Assembly: GCA_031459915.1 (NCBI GenBank)
Contig: JAVKHO010000001.1
Coordinates: 120,840 to 184,839, forward strand
Source of the DNA: Candidatus Tepidifontimicrobium thermophilum
GTDB lineage: Bacteria > Sysuimicrobiota > Sysuimicrobiia > Sysuimicrobiales > Sysuimicrobiaceae
DNA length: 64,000 nucleotides
Reading direction: 5' to 3'
Each line of letters begins with the position of its first letter. The first letter of the stretch is position 1. A program made the position numbers and the translations under genes. The notes under the pieces are model-generated. The model was not told the DNA's origin. It worked only from the letters and a program-made list of their open reading frames with translations, and ran no database searches. This document shows, piece after piece, positions 56,008 through 64,000 of this stretch.

Positions 56008-56214
56008 TTAGCCGATGACGCGGACGTTGGAGGCCTGGGGGCCCTTCTGACCCTGCGTGACCTCGAACTCCACCTTCTGGCCTTCCTGGAGGTTCCGGTA
56101 CCCCTCCCCCACGATGGCGGTGTAGTGTACGAACACGTCCTTGCTGCCGTCGTCGGGAGTGATGAACCCGTACCCCTTCTCCGGGCTGAACCACTTCACG
56201 GTTCCCCTGGGCAT
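56008..56214 (-). CDS. cspA: Cold shock protein (CspA family).
   Basis: 68 aa with RNP motifs [12 protein letters not shown] and VFVHY. Confidence 0.9.
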   Translation of the reverse strand: MPRGTVKWFSPEKGYGFITPDDGSKDVFVHYTAIVGEGYRNLQEGQKVEFEVTQGQKGPQASNVRVIG

Positions 56215-56332
56215 CCTACGCCTCCGTGCCGTTCTGCCCGCGCAACGCGGGACAGGCCCATCATCGGCCAGCCCCCCGGCTTTGTCAACGGGCCGGCAAG
56301 GAACGCCACCGCACAGGGAGAAAGCAACATTG

Positions 56333-57479
56333 GATGACGTGCCCCTTGGTCTATGGCCCCGAGTGCCGTCGCTACGACTTCGGCGGCGGGCACCCCCTGA
56401 ACTCCACGCGCCTGGAGCTTGCCACCGACCTCATGCGGGAGCTGGGGCTCCTGGAACGCCACGGCGTGGTGCCGCCCCGAGTGGCGTCGGACGAAGAGCT
56501 GGGCTGGGTGCACAGCGCGGAGTATGTGGCGGCCGTCCGCGCTCTGAGCGAGCGGCCGGAACACCCTCTGTTGAGCCGCCTGTACGGGTTCGGCCCGGGG
56601 GACAACCCGCCGTTCCGGGGCATGCACGACGCCGCCGCCACCATCGTGGGAGGGGCCCTGGTGGCCGCGGAGGGCATCGCGTCCGGGGCGTTCCTGCACG
56701 CCTTCCACATCTCCGGGGGGCTGCACCACGCGCAGCGGGCTCAGGCGAGCGGTTTCTGCGTGTACAACGACGTGGCGGTGGCCTGCGAGTTCTTCCGGCG
56801 TCGCGGGTGGCGGGTGCTGTACGTGGACGCGGACGCCCACCACGGCGACGGGACCCAGGCCCTCTTCTACGACACGGACGAGGTCCTGACCGTCTCCCTG
56901 CATGAGACGGGCCGGTACTTATTCCCCGGCACCGGGGAGCCCGAGGAGCTGGGCGAGGGGCGCGGCTACGGTTTCAGCGTGAACGTGCCGCTGCTCCCGC
57001 TCACGGACGACGCCTCGTGGGTGGAGTGCTTCGAGTGCGTGGTGCCTGCAGTGGCCCGCGCGTTCCGTCCGGACGTGGTGGTGACCCAGCACGGGTGCGA
57101 CACGCACCGCCGGGACCCGCTCACGGACCTCGGGTGCACCGTGTACGCGGCGGAGTACTTCGCCCGGAGGATGCACGAGCTGAGCCACGAGCTGTGCGAG
57201 GGTCGGTGGCTGGCGACGGGCGGCGGGGGGTACGACATCTGGCTCACGGTACCGCGAGCCTGGACCCTGGTCTACGGGGTGGTCTCGCACCAGGACGTAG
57301 CCGACGAGGTGCCGGAGGCGTGGCGCCAGCGGTGGCGGCCGTGGGCACCGGTGGACCTGCCGCGCCGGATGCGGGAGGACCCCTCGTCCGACGCGCCGCC
57401 CGTGGTACGGGCGCACAACCTGGAAACCGCCCGTCGGGTCACGCGCCGGGTCCTGGAGATCCTGGGGGGCCTGTCGTGA
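56333..57479 (+). CDS. acuC: Histone deacetylase family protein (AcuC-type acetoin utilisation / protein deacetylase).
   Basis: HDAC motifs ([15 protein letters not shown]). Start at ATG 56333. Confidence 0.8.
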
Positions 57480-57844
57480 GGCCTGTGGTGTGGCTGGACA
57501 ACAGCCCGTGGAGCTGGGAGGCTCTGGGCTACGCCCTTCAGTTGGCCCGGGCCCGACAGGTGGGGTTGGTGGCGGTGTGCGAGCCCACCGTCTCGCCACA
57601 GGACCGGGATCGGGCGGTGGCCGCGGGCGCGGCGTGGGGTGTGGACGTGGAGGTCCGCGTCCCGCCACCGGGAAGCCGCACCGAGTGGGAGGTGTGGCGG
57701 GCAGGCGGGGAGGAGGGAGCGGAGGTGGTGGTGGCTCCGAGGCGGACCGCGACCCGCAAGGTGGTGTTCGGAGCCGGGCTGGTGTGGCTGCTCACCAACG
57801 CCCCTGGCCCCGTGGTGGTGTACCGGTCCCCCAAGGAGCCGTGA
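57476..57844 (+). CDS. Universal stress protein (UspA) family.
   Basis: About 122 aa with a Usp-like pattern. The GTG start overlaps the acuC stop. Confidence 0.5.
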   Translation: MRPVVWLDNSPWSWEALGYALQLARARQVGLVAVCEPTVSPQDRDRAVAAGAAWGVDVEVRVPPPGSRTEWEVWRAGGEEGAEVVVAPRRTATRKVVFGAGLVWLLTNAPGPVVVYRSPKEP

Positions 57845-57845
57845 G

Positions 57846-58406
57846 TTGAGCGTGCCGGCTGGAGCTTTCCGGGACCGGAGGGGCCGGCCGGTGCAGGTGG
57901 GTGAGTACCGGCCGGAGGACCGCGGACTGCTGGTGGCCATGTACCGCTCCTTCGACCCCGACCAGCGGGCCCAGGGGATCCCACCCCTACACCCCCTGCG
58001 GCTGGCGGAGTGGCTGGAGGTCCTCACGGAGGAGGGGGTGAACGTGGTGGCCAGGTGCGAGGGCCGGGTGGTGGGCCACGCGGTGCTGGTCCCCGACCGG
58101 GCGGGGTCTCATGAGCTGGCCATTTTCGTGCACCAGGACTACCAGGGCGCGGGGATCGGCAACCGACTCTTGCAGGCACTGCTGGAACTCGGACGCGCCC
58201 GAGGCGTCCGCCACGTGTGGCTCACCGTGGAGCCGTGGAACGGGCGGGCACAGGCCCTGTACCGCCGCGCGGGGTTCGAGCGCTCCGCCGCGGACCCGTG
58301 GGAGGAGGTGTGGGAGCTGGAGCTGGGCGGGTTCCGTGTTAGCGGCCCACCCGGTGGTACTCCGGATTCGGGTGCCAGCCCAGAGCGTTCGCCAGGCGGT
58401 TGGTGA
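57846..58406 (+). CDS. GNAT family N-acetyltransferase.
   Basis: GNAT motif A (QGAGIGNRLLQAL). TTG start. Confidence 0.7.
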   Translation: MSVPAGAFRDRRGRPVQVGEYRPEDRGLLVAMYRSFDPDQRAQGIPPLHPLRLAEWLEVLTEEGVNVVARCEGRVVGHAVLVPDRAGSHELAIFVHQDYQGAGIGNRLLQALLELGRARGVRHVWLTVEPWNGRAQALYRRAGFERSAADPWEEVWELELGGFRVSGPPGGTPDSGASPERSPGGW

Positions 58407-58911
58407 AGTTGAACATCGCCGCCACCTGGGCGATGTCGAAGATGTCCTCGTCGGCCCAGCCGGCCTCCCGCAGGGCCTGTACGTCCGCCTCCGTCATGCG
58501 GTGCGGCTCGGTGGTGAGCTTGGCGGCGAAGTCCAGCATCGCCCGGTCCTTGCGGTCCAGGGGGGCGTGCCGGTAGTCGGTGGCGAGGGTGTCGGCCAGC
58601 ACGGGATCCTCTGTGAGCAACCGCAGGGCTGCCCCGTGGCTGGTGGAACAGTAGTGGCAGCGGTTGAGGGAGGAAACCACCACTGCGATCATCTCCCGCT
58701 GCACCTTCGTGAGGTTCGAGGGGCCCCGCATCAGGTAGTCGTAGTACTGCCACCATCGGACGCAGTGCTCGGGCCGGGCCGCGAAGATGCGGAAGACGTT
58801 GGGGAAGATCCCCAGCTTGTCCACGGACGCCCGCGCCAGCTCCCGGACCGCTTGGGGGACTTCAGCTTCCTCCGGGACGCGGATCCACGCGAGCCGCCGT
58901 ACGTCGGCCAT
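58339..58911 (-). CDS. Carboxymuconolactone decarboxylase / AhpD-like peroxidase-related enzyme.
   Basis: CMD-family motif CHYCSTSH. It overlaps the convergent GNAT gene by 68 nt. Confidence 0.7.
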   Translation of the reverse strand: MADVRRLAWIRVPEEAEVPQAVRELARASVDKLGIFPNVFRIFAARPEHCVRWWQYYDYLMRGPSNLTKVQREMIAVVVSSLNRCHYCSTSHGAALRLLTEDPVLADTLATDYRHAPLDRKDRAMLDFAAKLTTEPHRMTEADVQALREAGWADEDIFDIAQVAAMFNFTNRLANALGWHPNPEYHRVGR

Positions 58912-58914
58912 GGG

Positions 58915-59265
58915 CTAGCCCCGCCGGAACTCCTCGTACACCCGGTCGGTCTTGGCCGCCATCACGAAGTCGTTGCGGTGCAGGCCCCGGATCTTGTGCG
59001 TCCACCAGCTGACGGTGACCTTGCCCCACTCCGTGAGCAGGGCCGGGTGGTGTCCCTGCTCCTCTGCCAGCTCCCCTACCCGGTTGGTGAAACGCAGGGC
59101 CTCCGCGAAGTTGGGGAAGGGGAAGGTGCGCTCCAGACGCGGGATACCGTCCCGCTCCACCACCGTCCACTCCGGGACCTCGCGGCGCAGCTCGGCGACC
59201 TCCGCCTCCGTGAGGGAGGGCTCGCCTCCCCGGCAGGGCACGCAGCGCGTTTCGGCAAGACCCAT
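58915..59265 (-). CDS. Pterin-4a-carbinolamine dehydratase.
   Basis: PCD family pattern ([22 protein letters not shown]). Confidence 0.8.
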   Translation of the reverse strand: MGLAETRCVPCRGGEPSLTEAEVAELRREVPEWTVVERDGIPRLERTFPFPNFAEALRFTNRVGELAEEQGHHPALLTEWGKVTVSWWTHKIRGLHRNDFVMAAKTDRVYEEFRRG

Positions 59266-59312
59266 GGCCTACCACCTAGGATAGCACGGGGATAGCACGG
59301 ATGGGCCGGCCC

Positions 59313-59714
59313 TCAGGGGACCAGGACCACCCTGGGCAGCGCCTGCCCGCGGTCCCGGGCGGCACGGGCCACCAGCCGACCGCCCAGGCGGTACCACAGC
59401 CGGATGCGCACCAGACGGCGCAGCCCCTCGTGGGCCAGGGGCGGGTAGAACACCCGACTGGTGGCGATCTCCGACATGTCCCGGAAGAACCACCCCCAGT
59501 CCCCGCGGTCGGCGGGCAGGGCCCGGACGCCGTCCATGCGCACGTGCACGTCCACCTCCCGGCCCGAGGCGTCCAGGTAGACGGAGGCCACGGTGCCCGC
59601 GCCGATGAAGGACTCGATGAGGTTCCGCACCGCGGCCGAGGTCGGCGGAGCCGCCCCGTGGGCGGCGGCCACCGCCACCGCGGTTCCCAGTACCCCCGCC
59701 AGCCAACGGCGCAT
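59313..59714 (-). CDS. Hypothetical secreted protein.
   Basis: Signal-peptide-like N-terminus (MRRWLAGVLGTAVAVAAAHG). Start taken at the internal Met. Confidence 0.35.
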   Translation of the reverse strand: MRRWLAGVLGTAVAVAAAHGAAPPTSAAVRNLIESFIGAGTVASVYLDASGREVDVHVRMDGVRALPADRGDWGWFFRDMSEIATSRVFYPPLAHEGLRRLVRIRLWYRLGGRLVARAARDRGQALPRVVLVP

Positions 59715-59901
59715 GCCCTCCCCCCGTGGCTTCGCGGAACGCCGCCGCGGTTCCTGCGGGAGCGCCTTCACTTCACGGACATAGACGGCGGCTATCCGTG
59801 GCATAGCGCGCATCGATTGGAAGGCGATCACGGGGCGTGCTAGGTTGGGCGTGCGGGGACCGCCGGGAGGCGGGACCCGGCTGGGTCCGGAGGGAGAGGC
59901 C

Positions 59902-61785
59902 GTGCGCGTGAACCACGTGAAGCTCCTGGTCGGGGGGGTTCAGCTCCGCGACGGCGTGACCACCGTCACCGACATCCTCGGGAAGATCTTCACCCGCGCG
60001 GGGCTGTTCGCGGTAGCCATGGAAAAGGGCTACGCGTCCACCATCTACGGGGCGCACCAGTTCGACCCGATGCTGGTGACCGAGGAACCCCCGGTGTCCT
60101 ACGGGGATCCCGAGGTGGACGTGCTGGTAGCCCTGGACTACGACAGTAACCCGGACGCCCCGGAGCAGCCCAACCGCGACACCGTGCTGCGGCACGGCGG
60201 CAAGCTGCGGGACGGCGGGGTCCTGGTGTACGACTCGTCCACCGGCGAGATCCCCACCGGAGCCCTGGAGGCCCGGGGCATCCAGGTCTTCCCGATCCCT
60301 GCGCGGAGGATCGCGCAGTCGGAGCTGAAGCGGGAGATCGTGAAGAACGTGGTGATGACTGGGGCCTTGTTCCGCCTGCTGCAGTTCGACTCCGACGAGG
60401 CGTACCTGCGGCAGCTGCTGGAGGAACGGTTCCTGCGGAAGGGCCGCGAGGTGGTGGACCTGAACCTGCAGGCAGCGCGGCGGGGCCGTCAGGAAGTGGA
60501 GCGGGTGCTGGAGGCGAACGGCTACCAGCTTCCTGTGCGGCTGGAGCCGCGGCCGGGCCGGCACCGGGCTGTGTACATCTCTGGGAACGAGTGCCTCGGC
60601 CTGGGCGCCATCGCGGGTGGGGTGCGCTTCTACGCGGGCTACCCCATCACGCCGGCCAGCAGCATCCTGGAGTTCATGGAGCAGTGGCTGCCCAAGTACG
60701 GCGGGCGCGCCCTGCAGGGCCAGAACGAACGGGAGAGCATCCGAGCGGCTCTGGGAGCCGCCCTGGCGGGCGTGCGGTCCATGGTGGGCAGCTCCGGGCC
60801 GGGGATCTCCCTCAAGGTGGAGGAGTTCGGGGTCAGCGGCGCCACGGAGACCCCCGTGATCGTGGTGGACGCGCAGCGGGCTGGGCCCTCCACGGGCATG
60901 CCCACGCGTCCGGAACAGGGCGACCTGAACCTGGTGATCGGGGGAGGCCACGGGGACTTCCCGCGGATCGTCCTGGCACCGGGCACCGTGGAGGAGTGCT
61001 ACACCCTGATGCTGGAAGCGTGTGAGCTGTCCGACAAGTACCAGTGCCCGGTGTTCTTCCTGACAGACCTGAACCTCTCGGAGGGCAAGAAGACCGTTCT
61101 GGAAGACGTGTTCCGGCGGCCCCAGGTGGTGCGGCACGGGATCGTGCGGGAGGAGGACGTCCGCGCGAAGCCGTACCGGCGGTTCGAAGTCACCCCTTCC
61201 GGCATCTCCCCTCGCAGCGTGCCCGGCACCCCGGGGGCGATCTTCAAGGCGAGCGGGGCGGAACACGACGAGTTCGGGTTCGTGTCCATCGACCCGCGCA
61301 AGCGGGCGGCCATGGTGGAGAAGCGCATGCGGAAGCTGGACACCTACTTGCAGGAGGACTGGAAACCGCCGCAGGTGTTCGGCTCCGTGCGGGGGAACCC
61401 GGTGGTGGTGGGCTGGGGGAACACCCGGCCCGTGCTGGAGGAGGCGCGGTTGTTCCTGCAGCGCCGTGGGGTGCCGGTGGCCCTGGTGCACTTCACCCAC
61501 GTCTTCCCGTTGCACCGCAGGAAGCTCGAGGCGCTGTTCGCGGACGCGGGCCCCGTGGTGGTGGTGGAGCAGAACTTCAGCGGTCAGTTTGCAGACCTGC
61601 TGCAGCGGGAGCTTCGGATCGCCACCCGTCGGGTGAACAAGTACAACGGTGTGCCCCTCTACCCCACCGAGGTGGCGGAGGCGGTGCTGCAGGCCCTGCA
61701 GCGGGAGGGCGCGGTGGTACGGATCGGGGGCGACAGCCAGCCCGTCCCGGTGGAGGTGGGCCGCAATGAACACGAAGGGGATTAA
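59902..61785 (+). CDS. korA: 2-oxoacid:ferredoxin oxidoreductase alpha subunit (KorA-type, fused gamma/alpha domains).
   Basis: PFOR domains III and I. GTG start after GGAGGGAGAGG. Beta subunit follows directly. Confidence 0.8.
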   Translation: MRVNHVKLLVGGVQLRDGVTTVTDILGKIFTRAGLFAVAMEKGYASTIYGAHQFDPMLVTEEPPVSYGDPEVDVLVALDYDSNPDAPEQPNRDTVLRHGGKLRDGGVLVYDSSTGEIPTGALEARGIQVFPIPARRIAQSELKREIVKNVVMTGALFRLLQFDSDEAYLRQLLEERFLRKGREVVDLNLQAARRGRQEVERVLEANGYQLPVRLEPRPGRHRAVYISGNECLGLGAIAGGVRFYAGYPITPASSILEFMEQWLPKYGGRALQGQNERESIRAALGAALAGVRSMVGSSGPGISLKVEEFGVSGATETPVIVVDAQRAGPSTGMPTRPEQGDLNLVIGGGHGDFPRIVLAPGTVEECYTLMLEACELSDKYQCPVFFLTDLNLSEGKKTVLEDVFRRPQVVRHGIVREEDVRAKPYRRFEVTPSGISPRSVPGTPGAIFKASGAEHDEFGFVSIDPRKRAAMVEKRMRKLDTYLQEDWKPPQVFGSVRGNPVVVGWGNTRPVLEEARLFLQRRGVPVALVHFTHVFPLHRRKLEALFADAGPVVVVEQNFSGQFADLLQRELRIATRRVNKYNGVPLYPTEVAEAVLQALQREGAVVRIGGDSQPVPVEVGRNEHEGD

Positions 61786-62629
61786 GCTCTGGGAGGAGAA
61801 CGCGGTCCCCAAGCACCGCATCCAGTGGTGCCCGGGCTGCGGGGACTTCGGGGTGCTGGCAGCCCTCAAGCAGGCCCTGACGGAACTGGAGGTCATGCCG
61901 CACGAGCTGCTCCTGGTGGGCGGGATCGGTTGCTCGGGCCAGATCCGCAACTACCTGAACGGCAACGCGTTCCACGGGACCCACGGGGGCGCCCTCGCCT
62001 ACGGGCTGGGCGCGAAGATGGCGAACCCGGACCTGAAGGTCATCTGCCTGGCCGGGGACGGCGACACCTTCGCTATCGGGGTGGAGAACTTCGTGCACGT
62101 GTGCCGGCGGGACCCTGACATGGTGCTGCTGGTGATGAACAACGGGGTGTACGGGCTTACCAAGGGACAGGACTCGCCCACCGCAGGCCTGGGGCAGCCG
62201 GACGAACGGGGCAGCCGGGAGGAGCACCCGCCCATGGTGGACGCCCTCCTGCTGGCGTTGGCCAGCGAGGCCACCTTCGTGGCGCAGTCCTTCAGCGGGG
62301 ACGTCAAGCACACAGCGCGGATGATCGTGGAGGCCATCCAGCACCCCGGCTTCGCGTTCATCAACGACTTCTCCCCCTGCGTCACGTACAACCGCTTCAA
62401 CACGTACGACTGGTTCCGGGAGCGGGTGGAGCACGTGCCCGAGGACCACGACCCCTCCGACCGGGACGCGGCCTGGCGGTTGGTGCGGGAGTTCGCGCGG
62501 CGGGGCAAGATCCCGCTTGGCGTGGTGTACCGGAACCCGCGACCCAAGCGGCCCCAGCGCCGGTTGCCCCTGTGGGAGGACGAGCTGTCCGGGGTGGACC
62601 TGGAGCCGGTCCTGGCGACCTACCGGTAG
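61766..62629 (+). CDS. korB: 2-oxoacid:ferredoxin oxidoreductase beta subunit (TPP-binding).
   Basis: TPP motif GDGD preceded by CPGCGD. The ATG start overlaps the korA end. Confidence 0.85.
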   Translation: MNTKGIKLWEENAVPKHRIQWCPGCGDFGVLAALKQALTELEVMPHELLLVGGIGCSGQIRNYLNGNAFHGTHGGALAYGLGAKMANPDLKVICLAGDGDTFAIGVENFVHVCRRDPDMVLLVMNNGVYGLTKGQDSPTAGLGQPDERGSREEHPPMVDALLLALASEATFVAQSFSGDVKHTARMIVEAIQHPGFAFINDFSPCVTYNRFNTYDWFRERVEHVPEDHDPSDRDAAWRLVREFARRGKIPLGVVYRNPRPKRPQRRLPLWEDELSGVDLEPVLATYR

Positions 62630-62923
62630 ACCGCGTCACCGCTGGTCGAGGGCGGGCCCGGAGCTGTCGGCACACGCTCTTCGCGGTCAGCGGGCTCCAG
62701 CTGGCGTTCACCGTCGTCGCGTCGGATGACGACGCCAATCCCCATGCCCTCGAAGGCTTAAAGGAGTTCTCGCAGGCCCAGAACGCACGGACGGACAAGG
62801 GGCCCGTGGCCGGACAGGGGTATCCGGGACGAGCTGGTTTCGCGTCCTCCTCACGAGGGAGCCGGTCGCTTTCGGCAATTCGGACGGGCGGGCTCCTAGA
62901 CTTGGGGAGGAGGCGAGCGCGAC

Positions 62924-63127
62924 CTAGTGGGTCCCGCAGCTGCAGGCCCCGCCGCAGCCGCAACCTGCGGACGAGCGCGCCGGCCGTGGAGCCGCGATCA
63001 GGGACACCAGACGACGGACGTTGCGGGACCCACAGCGCTCGCAGAAGACAGCGTCGGCGTCCGCGTGCCCTACCAGGCGTTCGAAGCGGTCCCCGCACTC
63101 GGTGCAGACGTACTCGTAGACCGGCAT
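62924..63127 (-). CDS. FmdB family zinc-ribbon protein.
   Basis: N-terminus MPVYEYVCTECG with a second CxxC (CERCG); 67 aa. Confidence 0.7.
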   Translation of the reverse strand: MPVYEYVCTECGDRFERLVGHADADAVFCERCGSRNVRRLVSLIAAPRPARSSAGCGCGGACSCGTH

Positions 63128-63177
63128 GGCGTCCTGCTCCCTCCGGGTCCATGATAGCAGGGGAGGGGAAACGTCCC

Positions 63178-63828
63178 GTGGAGGAGCAGGCGGTGCGGAT
63201 ACCCCTGGACGGGGCCGGGGTGTTCGGAGACCTCTCGGTCCCGCGGGGAGCGAAGGGGCTGGTGCTGTTCGCTCACGGCAGCGGGAGCAGCCGCTTCAGC
63301 CCCCGCAACCGGTTCGTGGCGCGGAGGCTCCAGGAGCGGGGGCTGGCCACCCTGCTGCTGGACCTCCTCACTGCCCAGGAGGAACAGGAGGATGCGGGGA
63401 CCGGCCGGTACCGGTTCGACGTCACCCTGCTGGCGGACCGGCTGCTTCGGGCGGTTGCCTGGACGGCCAACCACGACGACCTCCGGGGGCTCCGGGTGGG
63501 CCTTTTCGGGGCCAGTACGGGCGCGGCCGCGGCCCTGCGGGCAGCGGCGGCAGATCCCGAAGGGGTAGCCGCGGTGGTGTCCCGCGGCGGCAGGCCCGAC
63601 CTGGCACGGGAAGTCCTGCTTCTGGTCAGGGCGCCCACCCTGTTGATCGTCGGAGGGGCGGACGAGCCAGTCCTGCAGCTCAATCGGGAAGCCTTCCGGC
63701 TGCTAACGTGCGAGAAACGCCTGGAGGTGGTCCCGGGAGCGGGCCACCTTTTCGAAGAGCCGGGCGCCCTGGAGCGTGTAGCCGACTTGGCCGCGGACTG
63801 GTTCGCGAGGTACCTGGCAAGCTCCTAG
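63178..63828 (+). CDS. Dienelactone hydrolase-like alpha/beta hydrolase.
   Basis: Nucleophile elbow GASTG and a family-typical N-terminus. GTG start after GGGGAGGGG. Confidence 0.7.
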   Translation: MEEQAVRIPLDGAGVFGDLSVPRGAKGLVLFAHGSGSSRFSPRNRFVARRLQERGLATLLLDLLTAQEEQEDAGTGRYRFDVTLLADRLLRAVAWTANHDDLRGLRVGLFGASTGAAAALRAAAADPEGVAAVVSRGGRPDLAREVLLLVRAPTLLIVGGADEPVLQLNREAFRLLTCEKRLEVVPGAGHLFEEPGALERVADLAADWFARYLASS

Positions 63829-64000
63829 GCGCCCAGGATCTGGGCCGCCCGCTCGTAGTCCTCCGCTTTCACCCAGAGGATCATGCCGTAGCGGCCGGCC
63901 CCTGCGGCGGTGGCGGCAGCCGCGGTGATGTTGATGCCCGCCTCGCTCAGCTTGCGGATGTGCTCACCGGCCGCCCCGACCCGGTCGTCGCCCTGTACCA
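63825..64000 (-). CDS. ACT-domain protein C-terminus; the gene continues beyond the window end.
   Basis: C-terminal peptide ...EAGINITAAAATAAGAGRYGMILWVKAEDYERAAQILGA is ACT-like. Partial. Confidence 0.35.
   Translation of the reverse strand, partial: VQGDDRVGAAGEHIRKLSEAGINITAAAATAAGAGRYGMILWVKAEDYERAAQILGA

Noticed and set aside
58339-58406. A 68-nt convergent overlap between the GNAT and AhpD-like genes, as a possible frameshift or pseudogene.
   Set aside because: Both proteins are full-length with intact motifs. Convergent 3' overlaps of this size occur in compact GC-rich genomes, and one of the C-terminal tails may simply be an extension.
1-64000. CRISPR arrays, insertion sequences and prophage genes.
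   Set aside because: I saw no repeat-spacer arrays, transposases, integrases or phage structural genes. The only direct repeats are the 2 x 15-bp unit at 29729 and the palindromes already listed.

Overview
The window is a high-GC (about 70%) bacterial chromosomal segment with densely packed, mostly housekeeping genes on both strands. It appears to lie near the replication origin (partial jag, then rsmG-parA-parB), but dnaA and dnaN are not in the window.

Lineage hints are a split glycine dehydrogenase (gcvPA/gcvPB), a long Bacillus-type SRP RNA, and the ffs ... dnaX-ybaB-recR arrangement. Together they suggest a Firmicutes-related or thermophile-like organism; I cannot name the organism from sequence alone.

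Recognisable content, in order:
- a parAB partition module flanked by two parS-like 16-bp palindromes;
- a tight c-di-GMP cluster with two membrane-GGDEF cyclases either side of an HD-domain gene, and an HD-GYP phosphodiesterase further on;
- the glycine cleavage operon, with a DinB-like domain fused in-frame to GcvT;
- a TctCBA tricarboxylate transporter;
- a LacI-regulated sugar catabolic cluster (TIM-barrel isomerase, DUF993-like, Gfo/Idh/MocA, enolase-superfamily enzyme);
- recR-ybaB-dnaX with an unannotated SRP RNA gene;
- tRNA-Arg(ACG) and tRNA-Asn(GUU);
- pilT/pilT2 preceded by a PilB-like gene with no recognisable Walker A box;
- isocitrate lyase, a two-subunit 2-oxoacid:ferredoxin oxidoreductase, and a Ski2-like helicase;
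- two two-component systems;
- an AcuC/Usp/GNAT protein-acetylation module.

I found no transposase, integrase or CRISPR array, and cannot point to a clearly novel defence-type system. The most unusual items are the parS-like palindromes, the DinB-GcvT fusion, the apparently degenerate PilB paralogue, a histone-H1-like KAAK-repeat protein, the unannotated SRP RNA, and a degenerate RNase-H-like gene pair next to tRNA-Arg.

All calls rest on reading the supplied six-frame translations and the raw sequence by eye. No database searches were run, and most start codons are approximate.
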